Source of the DNA: Leucoraja erinacea
Taxonomy: Eukaryota
Length of the DNA stretch: 64,000 nt
Direction: 5' to 3'
Assembly (NCBI RefSeq): GCF_028641065.1
Contig: NC_073400.1
Span: 29,698,001-29,762,000, forward strand
Made by a program: the position numbers and the translations under genes. Shown piece by piece: positions 12,101 to 23,100 of this stretch. Position 1 is the first letter of the stretch. Each line of letters begins with the position of its first letter. The notes below the pieces were generated by a model that worked only from the letters and a program-made list of their open reading frames with translations, was not told the DNA's origin and searched no databases.

Positions 12101-13617
12101 CAGGGACATCGTGCTGAATGTTCGCCGTGTTTGGGGTGTGTTACGCTGGGTACTCTTTGGAATTCTGCTTCTCTTCCCGGTTTCCATCAGCTGTGTGACA
12201 ACTTTGAAAAGGTGAAAGTTTGCAATCTCTTTACTCTGATGTTCACATTAAATTCAACTGGAAATGATGGGAATTTACTTTCGATTTGTAGAGATAAAGT
12301 GTGGACATACAGCGCCCTCCATAATGTTTGGGACAAAGACCCTTCATTTATTTATTTGCCTCTGTATTCCACAATTTGAGATTTGTAATTGAAAAAATCA
12401 CACGTGGTTAAAGTGCACATTGTCAGATATTATTAAAGGGTATACAGCCAATCAAGTCCGCGCCGACCAATGATCACCCCGTACACTCGCACTATCCTAC
12501 ACACGAGGGACAATTTACAATTATACAGAGGCCAATTAACCTACAAAACTACACGTCTTTGGATTGTGGTAAGAAACCGGAGCACCTGGATAAAACCCAC
12601 GCTGTCAGAGGCAGAACATACAAACTCCGTACAGACAGCACCCGTAGTCATGATCAAACCCGGGTCTCTGGCGCTGTAAGGCAGCAACTCTACCGCTGCG
12701 CCACTGTGCCGCCCTGGGTCATTTCCTCGGGTAAAATTTGATGGTGGAGATTATAAACTGTGTTTTAATTGTTATTCAAGGAAAAAAACAGCCAAGACCT
12801 TGGAGATGAGGTCGGCAGTGGTGGAGGAAGGAGAGGAACAGCGCCGGTGAGCTGGCTGGGTGAGGCCTCACCTCGCATGGAGACGGCCGTGGGAGGCGAG
12901 GGGAAAAGGGTGCGTTGGTGGGTCGAGGTGTGGGCGGAGTGCGAGTGGGCTGCTGGAGGCCCTGCAGCAGCCGGTGGATCGGGTGCCGCTGGAGGTCCTG
13001 CAGAGGTCGGGGATGAGCGTACGGTTCGGACACGGCCTGCAGCGGCACGGAGCGGTGGTGGAGGCACCGACAACATCGCCAGGCCAGGCCGACCCCTGCA
13101 ACTCCCACCCAGTGCCGTCTCCATGACAATGGGCCTTTAAGCCCAAAATAAAATGGGCCTTTAAGCCCAGTTTGATGTTTAAGAATATAAGATACTGCCA
13201 GTAATGTGGCAACTCTTGTGTACTGCATCATATAATCTGCTATTAATACTCTTGTTCTTAGCTTCAGCTGTGCTTATATCAAGTAAGATTTTTACTGAAT
13301 TCTATACAAAAGAAATGTCACTGTACCCATGTGCATGAGACAATAAAGTATCATTGAACCATTGAACAATGGGGATATAAAAACGGTTAAATGATTACAA
13401 GTATTGAACTGTGGACACGCGTTAGAAGAATAAGATAAAAATGAAGGGTAATCGTTATATCAATATTGTTATTCTGACGGAATGACGCCCAATAATCATC
13501 GTTTAGCTTTTCAGGGCCAGAGAGGGTGTTCACCAGTTGGAGATGTACAAATCTCATCACCTTGACCCTACAGCATCACCACACCACACCTATGTCCAAT
13601 CTACCTTGACCACTTGA
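1406..13617 (+). CDS. Gene A: CD300/pIgR-like (MDIR-like) 3-Ig-V type I receptor, spliced CDS join(1406-1502,5016-5339,6225-6551,8606-8929,10277-10433,12104-12211,13515-13617), 479 aa; or 446 aa if the TM exon reads through to TGA at 12213-12215
   Basis: Exons joined by hand using GT-AG sites with compatible phases (1,1,1,1,2,2). No internal stops. Signal peptide + V domains + mucin stalk + TM architecture. Confidence 0.8.
3040..3610 (+). mobile_element. Rex-Babar-like LINE 3' fragment (unit A copy)
   Basis: LRRLRKAGLPTVHLRSFYRGTIESILTHGITSWFGSC...HSFFPQAIRLVN is typical of the Rex1/Babar RT C-terminus. Confidence 0.75.
4409..4507 (+). promoter_or_regulatory. Candidate intronic myeloid enhancer (copies at 24150-24248 and 60582-60680)
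   Basis: GGGGAAGTG (PU.1-type), CTTCCTG (ETS) abutting GTCACATGAC (MiT/TFE/USF E-box), and GCCACGCCC (KLF/SP) within 100 bp of non-repeat sequence. Confidence 0.45.
4724..4858. repeat. Inverted repeat (about 50-bp arms) of a Penelope-associated repeat upstream of A1; also upstream of A3, B1 and C1
   Basis: AGACACAAAATGCTGGAGTAACTCAGCGGGACGGGCAGCATCTCTGGAGA pairs with TCTCCAGAGATGCTGCCTGTCCCGCTGAGTTACTCCAGC...TGTGTCT. Confidence 0.75.
5016..5339 (+). CDS. Gene A Ig V exon A1
   Basis: Acceptor AACAG|GG and donor GAAG|GTAAGT, 324 nt. Motifs GQSVTVEC-Y, KLW, VTIDKLEKSDEGRYWC of a CD300/pIgR-type V-set domain. Confidence 0.93.
5725..6040 (-). mobile_element. Penelope-like element remnant (copies at about 25462, 61895 and 63039)
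   Basis: Minus-strand translation HCQSEATCKLEEPHLILGSGSLQPNGLNV resembles the C-terminus of the Penelope GIY-YIG endonuclease. Confidence 0.65.
6225..6551 (+). CDS. Gene A Ig V exon A2
   Basis: CACAG|GG ... GAAG|GTACGT, 327 nt, open frame, DEGYYWC motif. Confidence 0.92.
7330..7955 (+). mobile_element. 5'-truncated CR1 LINE
   Basis: LYQALVRPHLEYCVQFWS...NFFTQRVVNLWNS peptide and (TTTCTATG)n tail. Confidence 0.88.
8191..8241 (+). pseudogene. Truncated copy of the mucin-stalk exon fused to an intron-1-like sequence (duplication breakpoint)
   Basis: Same acceptor and 5' sequence as 10277 (GSQTSRPDMVTTTSTT). Then switches at AATAA|TCCCAGTGAAATGGG to sequence matching about 4655 onward. Confidence 0.8.
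8606..8929 (+). CDS. Gene A Ig V exon A3
   Basis: CACAG|GG ... GAAG|GTACGT, 324 nt, open frame, V-set motifs. Confidence 0.92.
10277..10433 (+). CDS. Gene A Ser/Thr-rich mucin-like stalk exon (GSQTSHPDMVSTTSATISTKASTTTILTTMPQDAPTTKAASSTESPGSTPTN)
   Basis: Acceptor CTCCACAAG|GA (phase 1) and donor ACAG|GTTAGT (phase 2). S/T/P-rich translation. Confidence 0.85.
10490..10762 (-). mobile_element. tRNA-derived SINE (copy at about 27655-27935)
   Basis: Reverse complement of the same SINE family. Confidence 0.75.
10994..11479 (+). pseudogene. Second stalk exon copy, disrupted by a SINE (gene A)
   Basis: Homologous acceptor and 5' end, then (GT)n/G-run + SINE, then resumes MVTTTSGTTTPTLPPEAST. Donor CAG|GTCAGT is out of frame relative to the first copy. 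Confidence 0.7.
11063..11388 (+). mobile_element. tRNA-derived SINE inside the second stalk exon (copy at about 28236-28558)
   Basis: GCACGGTGGCGCAGCGGTAGAG...GGTTCGATCCC and TAAAC tail. Confidence 0.85.
12104..12215 (+). CDS. Gene A transmembrane exon RDIVLNVRRVWGVLRWVLFGILLLFPVSISCVTTLKR(*)
   Basis: Acceptor TTTCCAG|G, phase 2, matching the stalk donor. Hydrophobic helix containing Arg. Ends either at donor AG|GTGAAA (12211) or at in-frame TGA (12213-12215). Confidence 0.85.
12310..12440 (+). mobile_element. Tc1/mariner TIR remnant (copy at 29488-29618)
   Basis: TA|CAG(C/T)GCCCTCCATAATGTTTGGGACAAAGAC, a Tc1-type terminus after TA. Confidence 0.6.
12445..12712 (-). mobile_element. tRNA-derived SINE (copy at about 29623-29890)
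   Basis: Ends CTACCGCTGCGCCACTGTGCCGCC, the reverse complement of the SINE head. Confidence 0.78.
13515..13617 (+). CDS. Gene A putative terminal cytoplasmic exon (R)AREGVHQLEMYKSHHLDPTASPHHTYVQSTLTT*
   Basis: Acceptor TTTAGCTTTTCAG|G, phase 2, compatible with the TM donor. Non-repeat sequence conserved in unit B. AATAAA downstream at 14011. Confidence 0.5.
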
Positions 13618-14010
13618 GGAGGAATTTCTTTAGCCAGAGGGTGATGAATCTGTGGAATTCATTGCCACAGGCGGCTGTGGAGGTCAAGTCAATGGATATT
13701 TTTAAATTGGAGATTGACAGGTTTACTCAGGGTGTCAAAGGTTGAGGGGAGAAGGCAGGAGAATGGGATGGAGGGGGAAAGATAGATCATCCATGATTGA
13801 ATGGCGGAGTAGACTCGATGGAGCAAATGGCCGAATTCTGTACCTATGTTTGCAGACACGTCTGTACATCCTGACATTCACCCAAAAGACAGCAGAACAT
13901 AGACTAGAACTCAAAGCTGGCTTTCCAGAATGTGAACTTTTAACTTTACTACCAATTGAATTGCTGTGTGAAACCCTGCACATTGAATAATGATTAAAAT
14001 AATCCAATGT

Positions 14011-14016
14011 AATAAA
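14011..14016 (+). terminator. Candidate polyadenylation signal, gene A (alternative AATAAA at 13342)
   Basis: AATAAA about 400 nt after the putative stop. Conserved at 31189 in unit B. Confidence 0.35.
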
Positions 14017-14760
14017 AGATGGCTGAATTTTTGTCATAAAGTCATAAGTGATAAGAGTAGAATTAGTTTGGTTTAGAGATAGCGCATGGAAACAGGCCCA
14101 TTGATCCACCGAGTCCATGCCGACCACTGATCACCTGTACACACTATGTTTAAGAAGGAACAGCAGATGCTGGAAAAGCGAAGGTAGACAAAAACGCTGA
14201 GTTTCTCCAGCATTGTTGTCTACCTGTACACACACTAGTTCTGTTATCCCACTTTCTCACCCATTCCCTACAGATTTGCGACAATCTTCCAGAGGTATTT
14301 AACCTACAAACTCGCATGGATTAGGGATGTGGGAGGAAGCCGGAGCACCTGGAGGAAACCCATGAGGTCACAGGGAGAACATTCAAACTCCACACAGACA
14401 GCACCCGTAGAGAGGATCGAACCCGGGTCTCTGGCGCTGTGAGGCAGCAGCAAACCGCTGCACCACCGTGCCGCCCTGAAGAGAGAGAGCAGGCTTGTGA
14501 GAGCAGACAGCACAGCAGCAGGCCAGCTAAATGCCTCATCAGAGTGACAGCACCTCCAGCAACTTTAGACACAGTGCTTAGAACAAACGGAATCAAGGGA
14601 TATGGGGAGAGAGAAGGAACTGGGTACTGATTTAGGTTGATCTGCCACGATCATATTGAATGGCGGTGCTGGTTCGAAGGGCCGAATGGCATACTCCAGC
14701 GCCTATTTTCTATGCTTCTATGTTTCCATTGCGGAGCTCCCTCAGTACAACTCAGTACAA

Positions 14761-15197
14761 CAGTTACAGAGATAGGTTGAATAAGTTAGGCCTTTATTCT
14801 CTGGAGCGCAGAAGGTTAAGGGGGGACTTGATAGAGGTCTTTAAAATGACGAGAGGGATAGATTCTCAAAGCTTTTCCCTTTGAGAATAGGGAAGATTCA
14901 AACAAGAGGACATGACTTCAGAATTAAGGGACAGAAGTTTAGGGGTAATATGAGGGGGAACTTCTTTACTCAGAGAGTGGTAGCGGTGTGGAATGAGCTT
15001 CCAGTGGAAGTGGTGGAGGCAGGTTCATTGATATCATTTAAAAATAAATTGGATAGGCATATGGATGAGAAGGGAATGGAGGGTTATGGTATGAGTGCAG
15101 GCAGGTGGGACTAAGGGGAAAAAAAGTTGTTCGGCATGGACTTGTAGGGCCGAGATGGCCTGTTTCCGTGCTGTAATTGTTATATGGTTATATGGTT
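14761..15197 (+). mobile_element. 5'-truncated CR1 LINE specific to unit A
   Basis: LYSLERRRLRGDLIEVFK peptide and (TATATGGT)n tail. TSD AACTC at 14749-14753 and 15198-15202. Empty site at about 31930. Confidence 0.88.
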
Positions 15198-17281
15198 AAC
15201 TCTCCCTCCGTGCTCGGCATTCTGGAGTGGGAACTGAACCAACATCTCTCTAACTCACTCAATAGTTTTCACCCACTGAGTTTGCACTGCAGGACCCAAC
15301 ACTGGGCCTTGGTGTGGCTCGGTTAGCATGGTAAAGTCCCACAGGACTCCTGCTAGAAACAGCGTGGGAAATGTTGAACCTAGACCACAGGTCACTCATT
15401 GAAAAACCATGTGAAACCCAACCCATTCTGAAAGTCTCAATGACTTCATTTTTGCATTCAAGGAATCTATGGCAACCTCTTTAGTTTAGCCAATTATAGT
15501 CACGTGTACCGAGGTGGAGTGAAAAGCTTTTCTGTGTGTATGCTATCCAGTCAGTGAAAACACTGTATATGATTACAATCGAGCCGTCCGCAGGTACAGG
15601 ATAAAGGGAATAATGTTCAATGCAAGATACAGTCTAGTAAAATCCGATTAAAGATAGTTCCAAGGTCTCGAACGAGGTAGTTGGGAGGTCAGGACCACTC
15701 TGAAGGGTCCCATCGAGAAATGTTACCCATCCTTTTTGTCCAGAGAAGCTGCTTGACCCGCTGAGATGCTCCAACATTTTCTGCCTATCTGTGGTATAAA
15801 CCAGCATCTGCAGTTCCTTGTTTCTACATTCCACCCTTGTAGTCTTGTGTGCATCTAATTTGGACACAACAAGTTCCCTTTAAAAAACAACAACTATCCT
15901 ACAGATGACTTTGGTGTCCTTGGTTGATGGGATACCTCTTGCCCCAGAACAAGGAGATCCTCCACTATTCTGGTGCGAACCATTACAAAATGCTCTGTTC
16001 TTTAGAATTATTTACTCAGCGCCTTGAATGATGTTTAGCCACGGGCCTCACTGTACTGGGTGAGGTGCTAATGATAAACTGCTCAACACTCGATCGTTCC
16101 ATCAACGGTTGTCGTCGTGTTGTGTGCAACCAAATTGCACACAGCTAGCTCCCTGTAGAGAAGGGAGACAACTACCTACAGCTTGCCTTGTTGATCTTGG
16201 TTTGTAGGGAGAACTCTTGCCCCCAGAACAAGGAGTCTCTCCCCTATTCTGGTGCGAACTATCTCCAGGTGACCTTTCTCAGTGACTTGAGACAGAGCAG
16301 ACAGCAGATCAGCTAAATGCCTCGGCAAAATGACTTCACCTCCAGCAGTGGCGAGCTCCCTCAGTACTGCACCCCCTCAGTCCTCGGGCTTCAGGAGTGG
16401 GAGTTGAACCAATAAATCTCTGACTCAGATTTTTTTTTAAATTTCAAAATATACTTTATTCAAAAAATAAATATATGCAATACATGATCCTTACAAAACT
16501 CCATTCAACATTCTCGGTTGCTATGTGTACATGCAATACTGTTTACACAAATTAACCCCACACCTCGCCACTCGTGGACCACTGGCGTGGGATACCTTCC
16601 CTTATTTTGAGGTGCATCTCCACCACACCCTGCCACAAGTTGACCATTCGCTGGATGTCTACACTGGCCCATGGTGTGGCTCAGTTAGCCTGTGAAAGTC
16701 ACCCAAGACACCTCGAGAGAGAGTGATGAATCTGTGCCCTAGCCTCAGAATAAAAGGACATTCTTTGAGAAAGGAGATGAGAAGGAATGTCTTTAGTCAG
16801 AGGGTGGTGAATCTGTGGAAATCATTGCGATAGAAGGATGTGGAGGTCAAGTCAATGGATATTTTGAAGGCTGAGATTGATAGATTCTTGATTAGTACGG
16901 ATCAGGGGTTACGGGGAGAAGGCAGGAGAATGGGGTCAAGAGGGAAAGATAGATCAGCCATGATTGATTGAATGGCGAAGTGGACTTGATGGGCCGAATG
17001 TCCTAATTCTGCTCTTATAACTTATGAACATGACCTGGATTGATCCGCTCATCTATATTCACACAGAGGTTCCTTGATCGTCAGTGGGGAGGCTGTGCTG
17101 CCTGTCCTATACCACTGTAGGACATAGGCCATTCGGTCCATCAAGTCTACTCCGCCATTCAATCATGGCCGATCTATCTCTCCCTCCTAACCCAATTTTC
17201 CTGCCTCTCCCCGTAACCTCTGACACCTGTACTAATTAAATTCAGACTAATTAATCCGAAAGAATCCATCTATGCGCCGAT

Positions 17282-18000
17282 AAAGGTGAATTTATTATGG
17301 GGAACAAGGAAATGGCAGATGAGATGAACAGATACTTTGTATCTGTCTTCACTAAGGAGGACACAAACAATCTTCATGTAGTGGCCAGAGGATCTGGGGG
17401 TGACAGAGGAACTGAAGGAAATCCACAATAGAAAGGATAGACTGATGGGACTGAAGGCTGCTAAATCCCCAGGGCCTGATGGTCTGCATCCCAGGGTACT
17501 TAAGGAAGTGACTCTAGAAATCGTGGATGCATTGGTGATAATTTTCTATAGACTCAAGATCCGTTCCTGTGGATTGGAGGGTAGCTAATGTTATCAAACT
17601 TTTTAAGAAATGCGGGAGAGAGAAAACGGGGAATTATAGACCAATTAGCCTGACATCGGTGGTGGGGAAGATGCTGGAGTCAATTATAAAATGAAATAGC
17701 CGAATTGATTGGGGATGATCAGCCATGATCACATTGAATGGCGGTGCTAGCTAGAAGGGCCAAATGGCCTACTCCTGCACCTATTGTATATGTCTCCCGT
17801 AAAAATATCCACAGATGTTCTCGTGATACTTTCAAGAGAGAGCTAGATAGGCCTCTTGAAGATAGCAGAGTCAGGGGATCTGGGGAAAGGGCAGGAACGG
17901 GGTACTGATTGGGGATGATCAGCCATGATCATATTGAATGGTGGTGTTGGCTCGAGGGGCCGGATGGCCTACTCCTGCACCTGTTGTCTATTGTCTATTG
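17282..18000 (+). mobile_element. Degenerate CR1 fragments
   Basis: KSPGPDGLHPRVLKEV motif with frameshifts and CR1 3' ends. Confidence 0.8.
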
Positions 18001-18074
18001 AGTTCCACAGATTCATCACCCTCTGACTAAAGGTTTATTGAGCAATTCTTTGAGCAAACTGCCCACCTGCACTA

Positions 18075-18380
18075 GTTTAGTATAGAGGTACAGCGTGGGA
18101 AACTGGCCCTTCGGCCCACCGAGTCCGCACCAAACAGCAATCCCCACACATTAACACTATCCTACACGCACTAGGGACTATTTACACTTATTCCAAACCA
18201 ACTAACCTACAAACCTATACGTTTTTGGAGTGTGGAAGGAAACTGAAGATCTCGGAGAAAACCCAGGCAGTCACATGGAGAACGTACAAACTCCATACAG
18301 ACAGCACCCGTAGTCGGGATCAAACCCGACTGTAAGCGCTGTAAGTCAGCAGCTCTACCACTGTTCCATCGTGCCGCCCT
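18075..18380 (-). mobile_element. tRNA-derived SINE (copy at about 53806-54110)
   Basis: Reverse complement of the SINE consensus. Confidence 0.75.
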
Positions 18381-20076
18381 AGTCCGCTAGTCCCACTTGC
18401 CCCCATTTGACCCATCTCCTCTTATATCGATAAATATCCTGTTTTTACCCTCAGTCCCGAGGTAGTGTCTCGGCCGGAATACAAACATACACTTTTTGTC
18501 TCCACAGATGCTGCTTGACCCGTTGAGGTTTTTCAGGTGTTCTGCCTATTGTTCCAGATTCTAGTATATGCAATCTCCTTTATCTTCTCCCTTCACACAC
18601 AACCCTAATCCTACCTCAACAATATTATCTCACAGAAGCTGATGGGTACATGGAAGGAACATGTCCAGAGGAGCTAGTGGAGACTGGTACTGGTAACAAC
18701 ATTGAAAAGCATTAGGACAAGGTACGTGGATAGGAAAGGTTTGTAAGGACAGGGGTCAAATGCAGGCCTGGTTTTTACGGTGGCACAGCAGTAGAGTTGC
18801 TGCCTTTACATTGTATAACAGCGCCAGATACCCGGATTCAATCCTGGCTACAGGTGCTTGTCTGTACATAGTCTGTACTTTCTCCTAGTGACCTGCGTGG
18901 GTTTTCGCCGAGAACTTCAGTTTCCTCCCACACTCCAAAGACGTACAGGTTTGTAGGTTAATTGGGTTGGTGTAAATGTAAACATTTGTGTTAATGTGCA
19001 GGGATCACTGGACGGTGCAGACACAGTGGGCCGGAGGGTTTGTTTCCCCACTGTATCTCTAAACTAAACTAAACTAAAGAGGGACCAGCGTACATGGGAC
19101 ATCTTGATCAGCATTGGGCAAGCTGTTTCCCTGCTGTATCACTCTATGATTTTATGAATCACATCCCAAACTCAGCTTTACCCGGTCTCCGATGCTCAAG
19201 TATTTGAATACTTCAAGGAGTTTATCTGGTGACGTGAGTTGACATCAGTTCGCATTTGACAATAGACAACAGACAATAGGTGCAGGAGTAGGCCATTCGC
19301 CCTTCGAGCCAGCATCACCATTCAATGTGATCATGGCTGATCATCCACAATCCCCGTTCCTGCCTTCTCCCCTTATACCCTGACTCTGCTATCTTTAAGA
19401 GCCCTATCTAGCTCACTCTTGAAAGTGTCCAGAGAACCGGCCTCCACCGCTCTCTGTGGCAGAGAATTCCACAGACTCACAACTCACTGGGTGATAAAGT
19501 GTTTCCTCATCTCCGTTCAGTTGGTGTCTTATTTCTTCTGGGTAACGTTTCACCAGATGAGAAGCTGAGGAAGGCAGGACAAATTAGTGACGCGCATTTT
19601 GAGGTGGATAAACAGATCACAAGTTCACACATTCCAGGAGTAGAATTTGGCCATTCGGCCCATCCAGTATACTCTGCCATTCAAACATGGCTGATCTCTA
19701 CCTCCTAATCCCATACAAGTTCAGACACAGTGTGCCCGCATTTGGGGGAGGGGGTTGAGGGGGTGGGCAAGGGAATGTTTGCGGTGGTGGACAGAGCCCC
19801 AGTCAAGTGGGCAAACGTCACCAGGATGAAGCAGAGCTTCGAGGAGATGCTCCAATCCAGGCAACTGGAGAGTGTTGTAGCTCACTCCTGATAGGGGCAT
19901 TGTCCGTGGTGAGGAGGCTGGGGGAGGTGACAAGTGAGTCACCAAATTAAGTCTTGAACCACTGCAAAGTCGTTTCCTGTGTAAACGGAAATTGACTGTT
20001 TGACTTCAGTTGTGAATGAGGAAGAGGACAACTCAAACGCAGTGCAGGGACCAAACCGATCCAACGTAGCCGAGAC

Positions 20077-20173
20077 ATGGCGGTGGGACAGGGAGAATTC
20101 ACCCACCAGAGACGGCCCAGATCCAGGGGAACAGTCGCTCTGTTGGTTCTTGTCGCTGTTGGTCTCACACCAG
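20077..20173 (+). CDS. Gene B leader exon MAVGQGEFTHQRRPRSRGTVALLVLVAVGLTP
   Basis: Near-identical to 1406-1502. Donor CAG|GTAAAT. Confidence 0.85.
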
Positions 20174-23100
20174 GTAAATCGGTGTTTTACAAAATGCTCT
20201 GTTCTTTAGAATTATTTACTAGCGCCTTGAATTATTTGTAACCACAGACCTCTCTGTACTGTGTGGGGAGCTGATGATAAATTGCTCAACACTCGTTAGT
20301 TCCTGTAGAGACTTCCATCAGCGGTTGTTGTCGTGTTGTGTGCAGCCAAGTCGGGAGATAACTATCTACAGCTTGCCTTGCCTTGTGGACCTCATTGAAA
20401 CTTACTGAATAGTGAAAGGCCTGGATAGAGTGGATGGGGTGAGGATGTTTACACTAGTGGGAGAGTCTAGGACCAGAGGTCGCAGCCTCAGAATTAAAGG
20501 GCGTTGCTTTAGGAAGGAGATGAGGAGGAATTTTGTGAGACAGAAACTGTGGAATTCATTGCCACAGACTGTGGAGGCCATCAATAGGTATTTCTAAGGC
20601 CGAGATGGATAGATTCTTGATCAGTACTGGTGTCAGGAGTCCTGGGGAAAAGGCAGGAGGATTTAGTTGAGAGGGAAAGATAGATCAGCCATAATTGAAT
20701 GGAGGAGAGTAGACTTGATGGGCCAAATGTCCTAATTCTGCTCCTAGTACTAATGAACTTATGATCTGTTCTTCAGAATTATTTGCCAGCACCTTGAATT
20801 ATTTTGAGCCACAGAGCAGACTACTGGGCTACGAGCTGCTAAAGATAAAATGCTTGCAGACTTGTTCTTCCCTGCACTAATGACTGTTGTGATGCTGTGT
20901 GCTCAGTGACTTGACTGCAGATCAGCTAAATGCTTTACCCCTTCCATATCGCTTGACTTCCTCCCTCTCTGACTGTGGGTCTGAAGAAAGGTCTCGACCC
21001 GAAACGTCACCCATTCCTTCTCTCCAGAGATGCCCCCTGATCCGCTGCGTTACTCCAGCATTTAGTGTCTATCAAAGACACACGGCACTCCCTCCACGCA
21101 CTGCAATGGGAAATGTTGAACATAAACCTTAGCACATTCAAAGAAAAAACCTGTGAAAGCCAGCCATTGGGAACAGGCGTCATCTCAAATGAGGAAGCAC
21201 CAGAGTGACTGTCCAATTTAGCATTTGGAGAAGTTGTGGTAATCTCTCCCTTCTCAGAAAAACCAGCTGCCTTACAACAGACTCTGCTGCTCGAGCTGTT
21301 CTACACACTTTGCTTTCCCCAGCCTCTGAGTTCTCCTTCAAAGCATTTGTCTTGTGGCTTGTGAGCTGACCTGGACTGATGTGATGATGTGTCTCCACCC
21401 CAGCTCCTGAATCTGCAGAGTTTCACATGTGTTAGAGTCATAGAGTGGCGGACTGCGGGGGTGATGCGCTGTTGTGTATGGCTGCTCCTCCTGCAGTCCG
21501 TCCTTTTCTCCCTTTTTTATTTTTATTTTTAGTCCTGTCTGTGGGAACTTTTAATTGGAAGTCTTCTTTTCTGTGGTGGGTGGGGGGTGGGGGGGAAGGG
21601 GGAAACTGTTTTAATCCCAGTCCTACCTGGTCGGAGATGCGGTTTTCTTCCGAACCGCTTCTTCGTCCTCTCTGTGCGGCCTACCATCGAGCTGGAGCAG
21701 CGCTGGAGCGACGATTTCCTGCCGGGACCACAGCTTCGCCGGCGGTGCAGATGCTGGGACACCAACACCAGCACGGAGCGGGCGATGGCTTACCGGATCG
21801 CCTTCGGGTAAGCTCCGGGGCACTGCGAACGCCGACTGCAACATTGCTGAGCTGCGGCTGCAGAGCGTCCAGCCGCGGGCGGGCGGCCCAGGATTTCAAC
21901 ACCGCGGGGCCTGGTGTCCGAGTTCGCCAGTGTCAGAGGTCCGGCCAGCGCGGCCTGAGAACTTTGGACATTGCAGTCTTCAGGGAGGAGGCGGCTGCTT
22001 CAGTCCTGGCCGCTGAAGAATGTTCACCCGACGCCGATGATCCAGCTTCGCGGCAGAGGGCCTGAGAACATCGAGTTGGCTAAGGAGGCCACATATAGAC
22101 CCCGACCTCGGGTGGACTATGAGGGGGAGAACTGGATATTTTTAGTGCCTTCCCTCACAGTGAATTCTGCTGTGGGGGGACGTTTCATGTTGATTTCTAT
22201 AGTGTACTGTTCTGTGTCTTTTTTTCTTTTTTCTCTTTTTTCTTTTTGTATGGATATATTGACATTTGGTCTGTTCTATTAATTTAATCAAACTCTGTAA
22301 AGCACTTCGGTTCAAATACTGGTTTTGTTGAAAAGTGCTATATAAATAAAGATTATTATTATTATTATTATTATAGAGTGATACAGTGCGGAAACAGGCC
22401 CTTCGGCCCAACTTGCCCACACCGGCCAACATGTCTCAGCAACACTAGTCCCACCTGTCCATGTTTGGCCCAAGTCCCTTCAAACCTGTCCTATCCATGT
22501 ATCCAGAGGGTCCCACCCTCTCCGGAGACTAAGAAAAGCAGGTCTCCCTACTGTTCACCTAAGGTCCTTCTACAGGGGCACCATCGAGAGTATACTGACC
22601 CACGGCATCACTTCCTGGTTTGGGAGCTGCAAGGCTTATGAACAAAAACAACTTAACAGGATAGTGAAGACAGCCAGTAGGATCATTGGTGCTCCACTCC
22701 CTTTCCTGTTGGAGATCTATCAGAAACGTAACATCAGCAGAGCCATCTCCATTATTAAGGACCCCTATCATCCATCACATCACATCTTCTCCATTCTGCC
22801 ACCTGGGAAGAGGTACAGGAGCATCAGCTGCAAAACCAGCAGGATGCTACACAGCTTCTTCCCACAGGCAATAAGACTGGTTAACGGACTGTGTCCCCTC
22901 CACATACATCATACACCAACACGTCTAACCTCGCCTATACTTTGACAGCTAGGCATCTGTCAAAGCAAAGCCACTGTTTGGTCTGAATGTCTGTTTTATT
23001 TCAATTTTTAGGCCTATTTTAGATATGTTAATTTTAATTTTAAATCTATATGTATTTATTCTGTTTTTATTAACTGCACTGACGGGAACTGATTGAGAAA

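Larger units (their letters stand above)
47..18727 (+). repeat. Segmental duplication unit A (about 18.7 kb)
   Basis: GATAGGAAAGGTTTGTA... at about 47 recurs at about 18728 and 54457, followed by colinear near-identical sequence. Confidence 0.9.

Noticed and set aside
12765-13231. Overlapping GC-rich ORFs on both strands (also 29943-30421)
   Set aside because: Low-complexity Ala/Gly/Pro translations with no domain. Likely a GC-rich repeat within the last intron or UTR.
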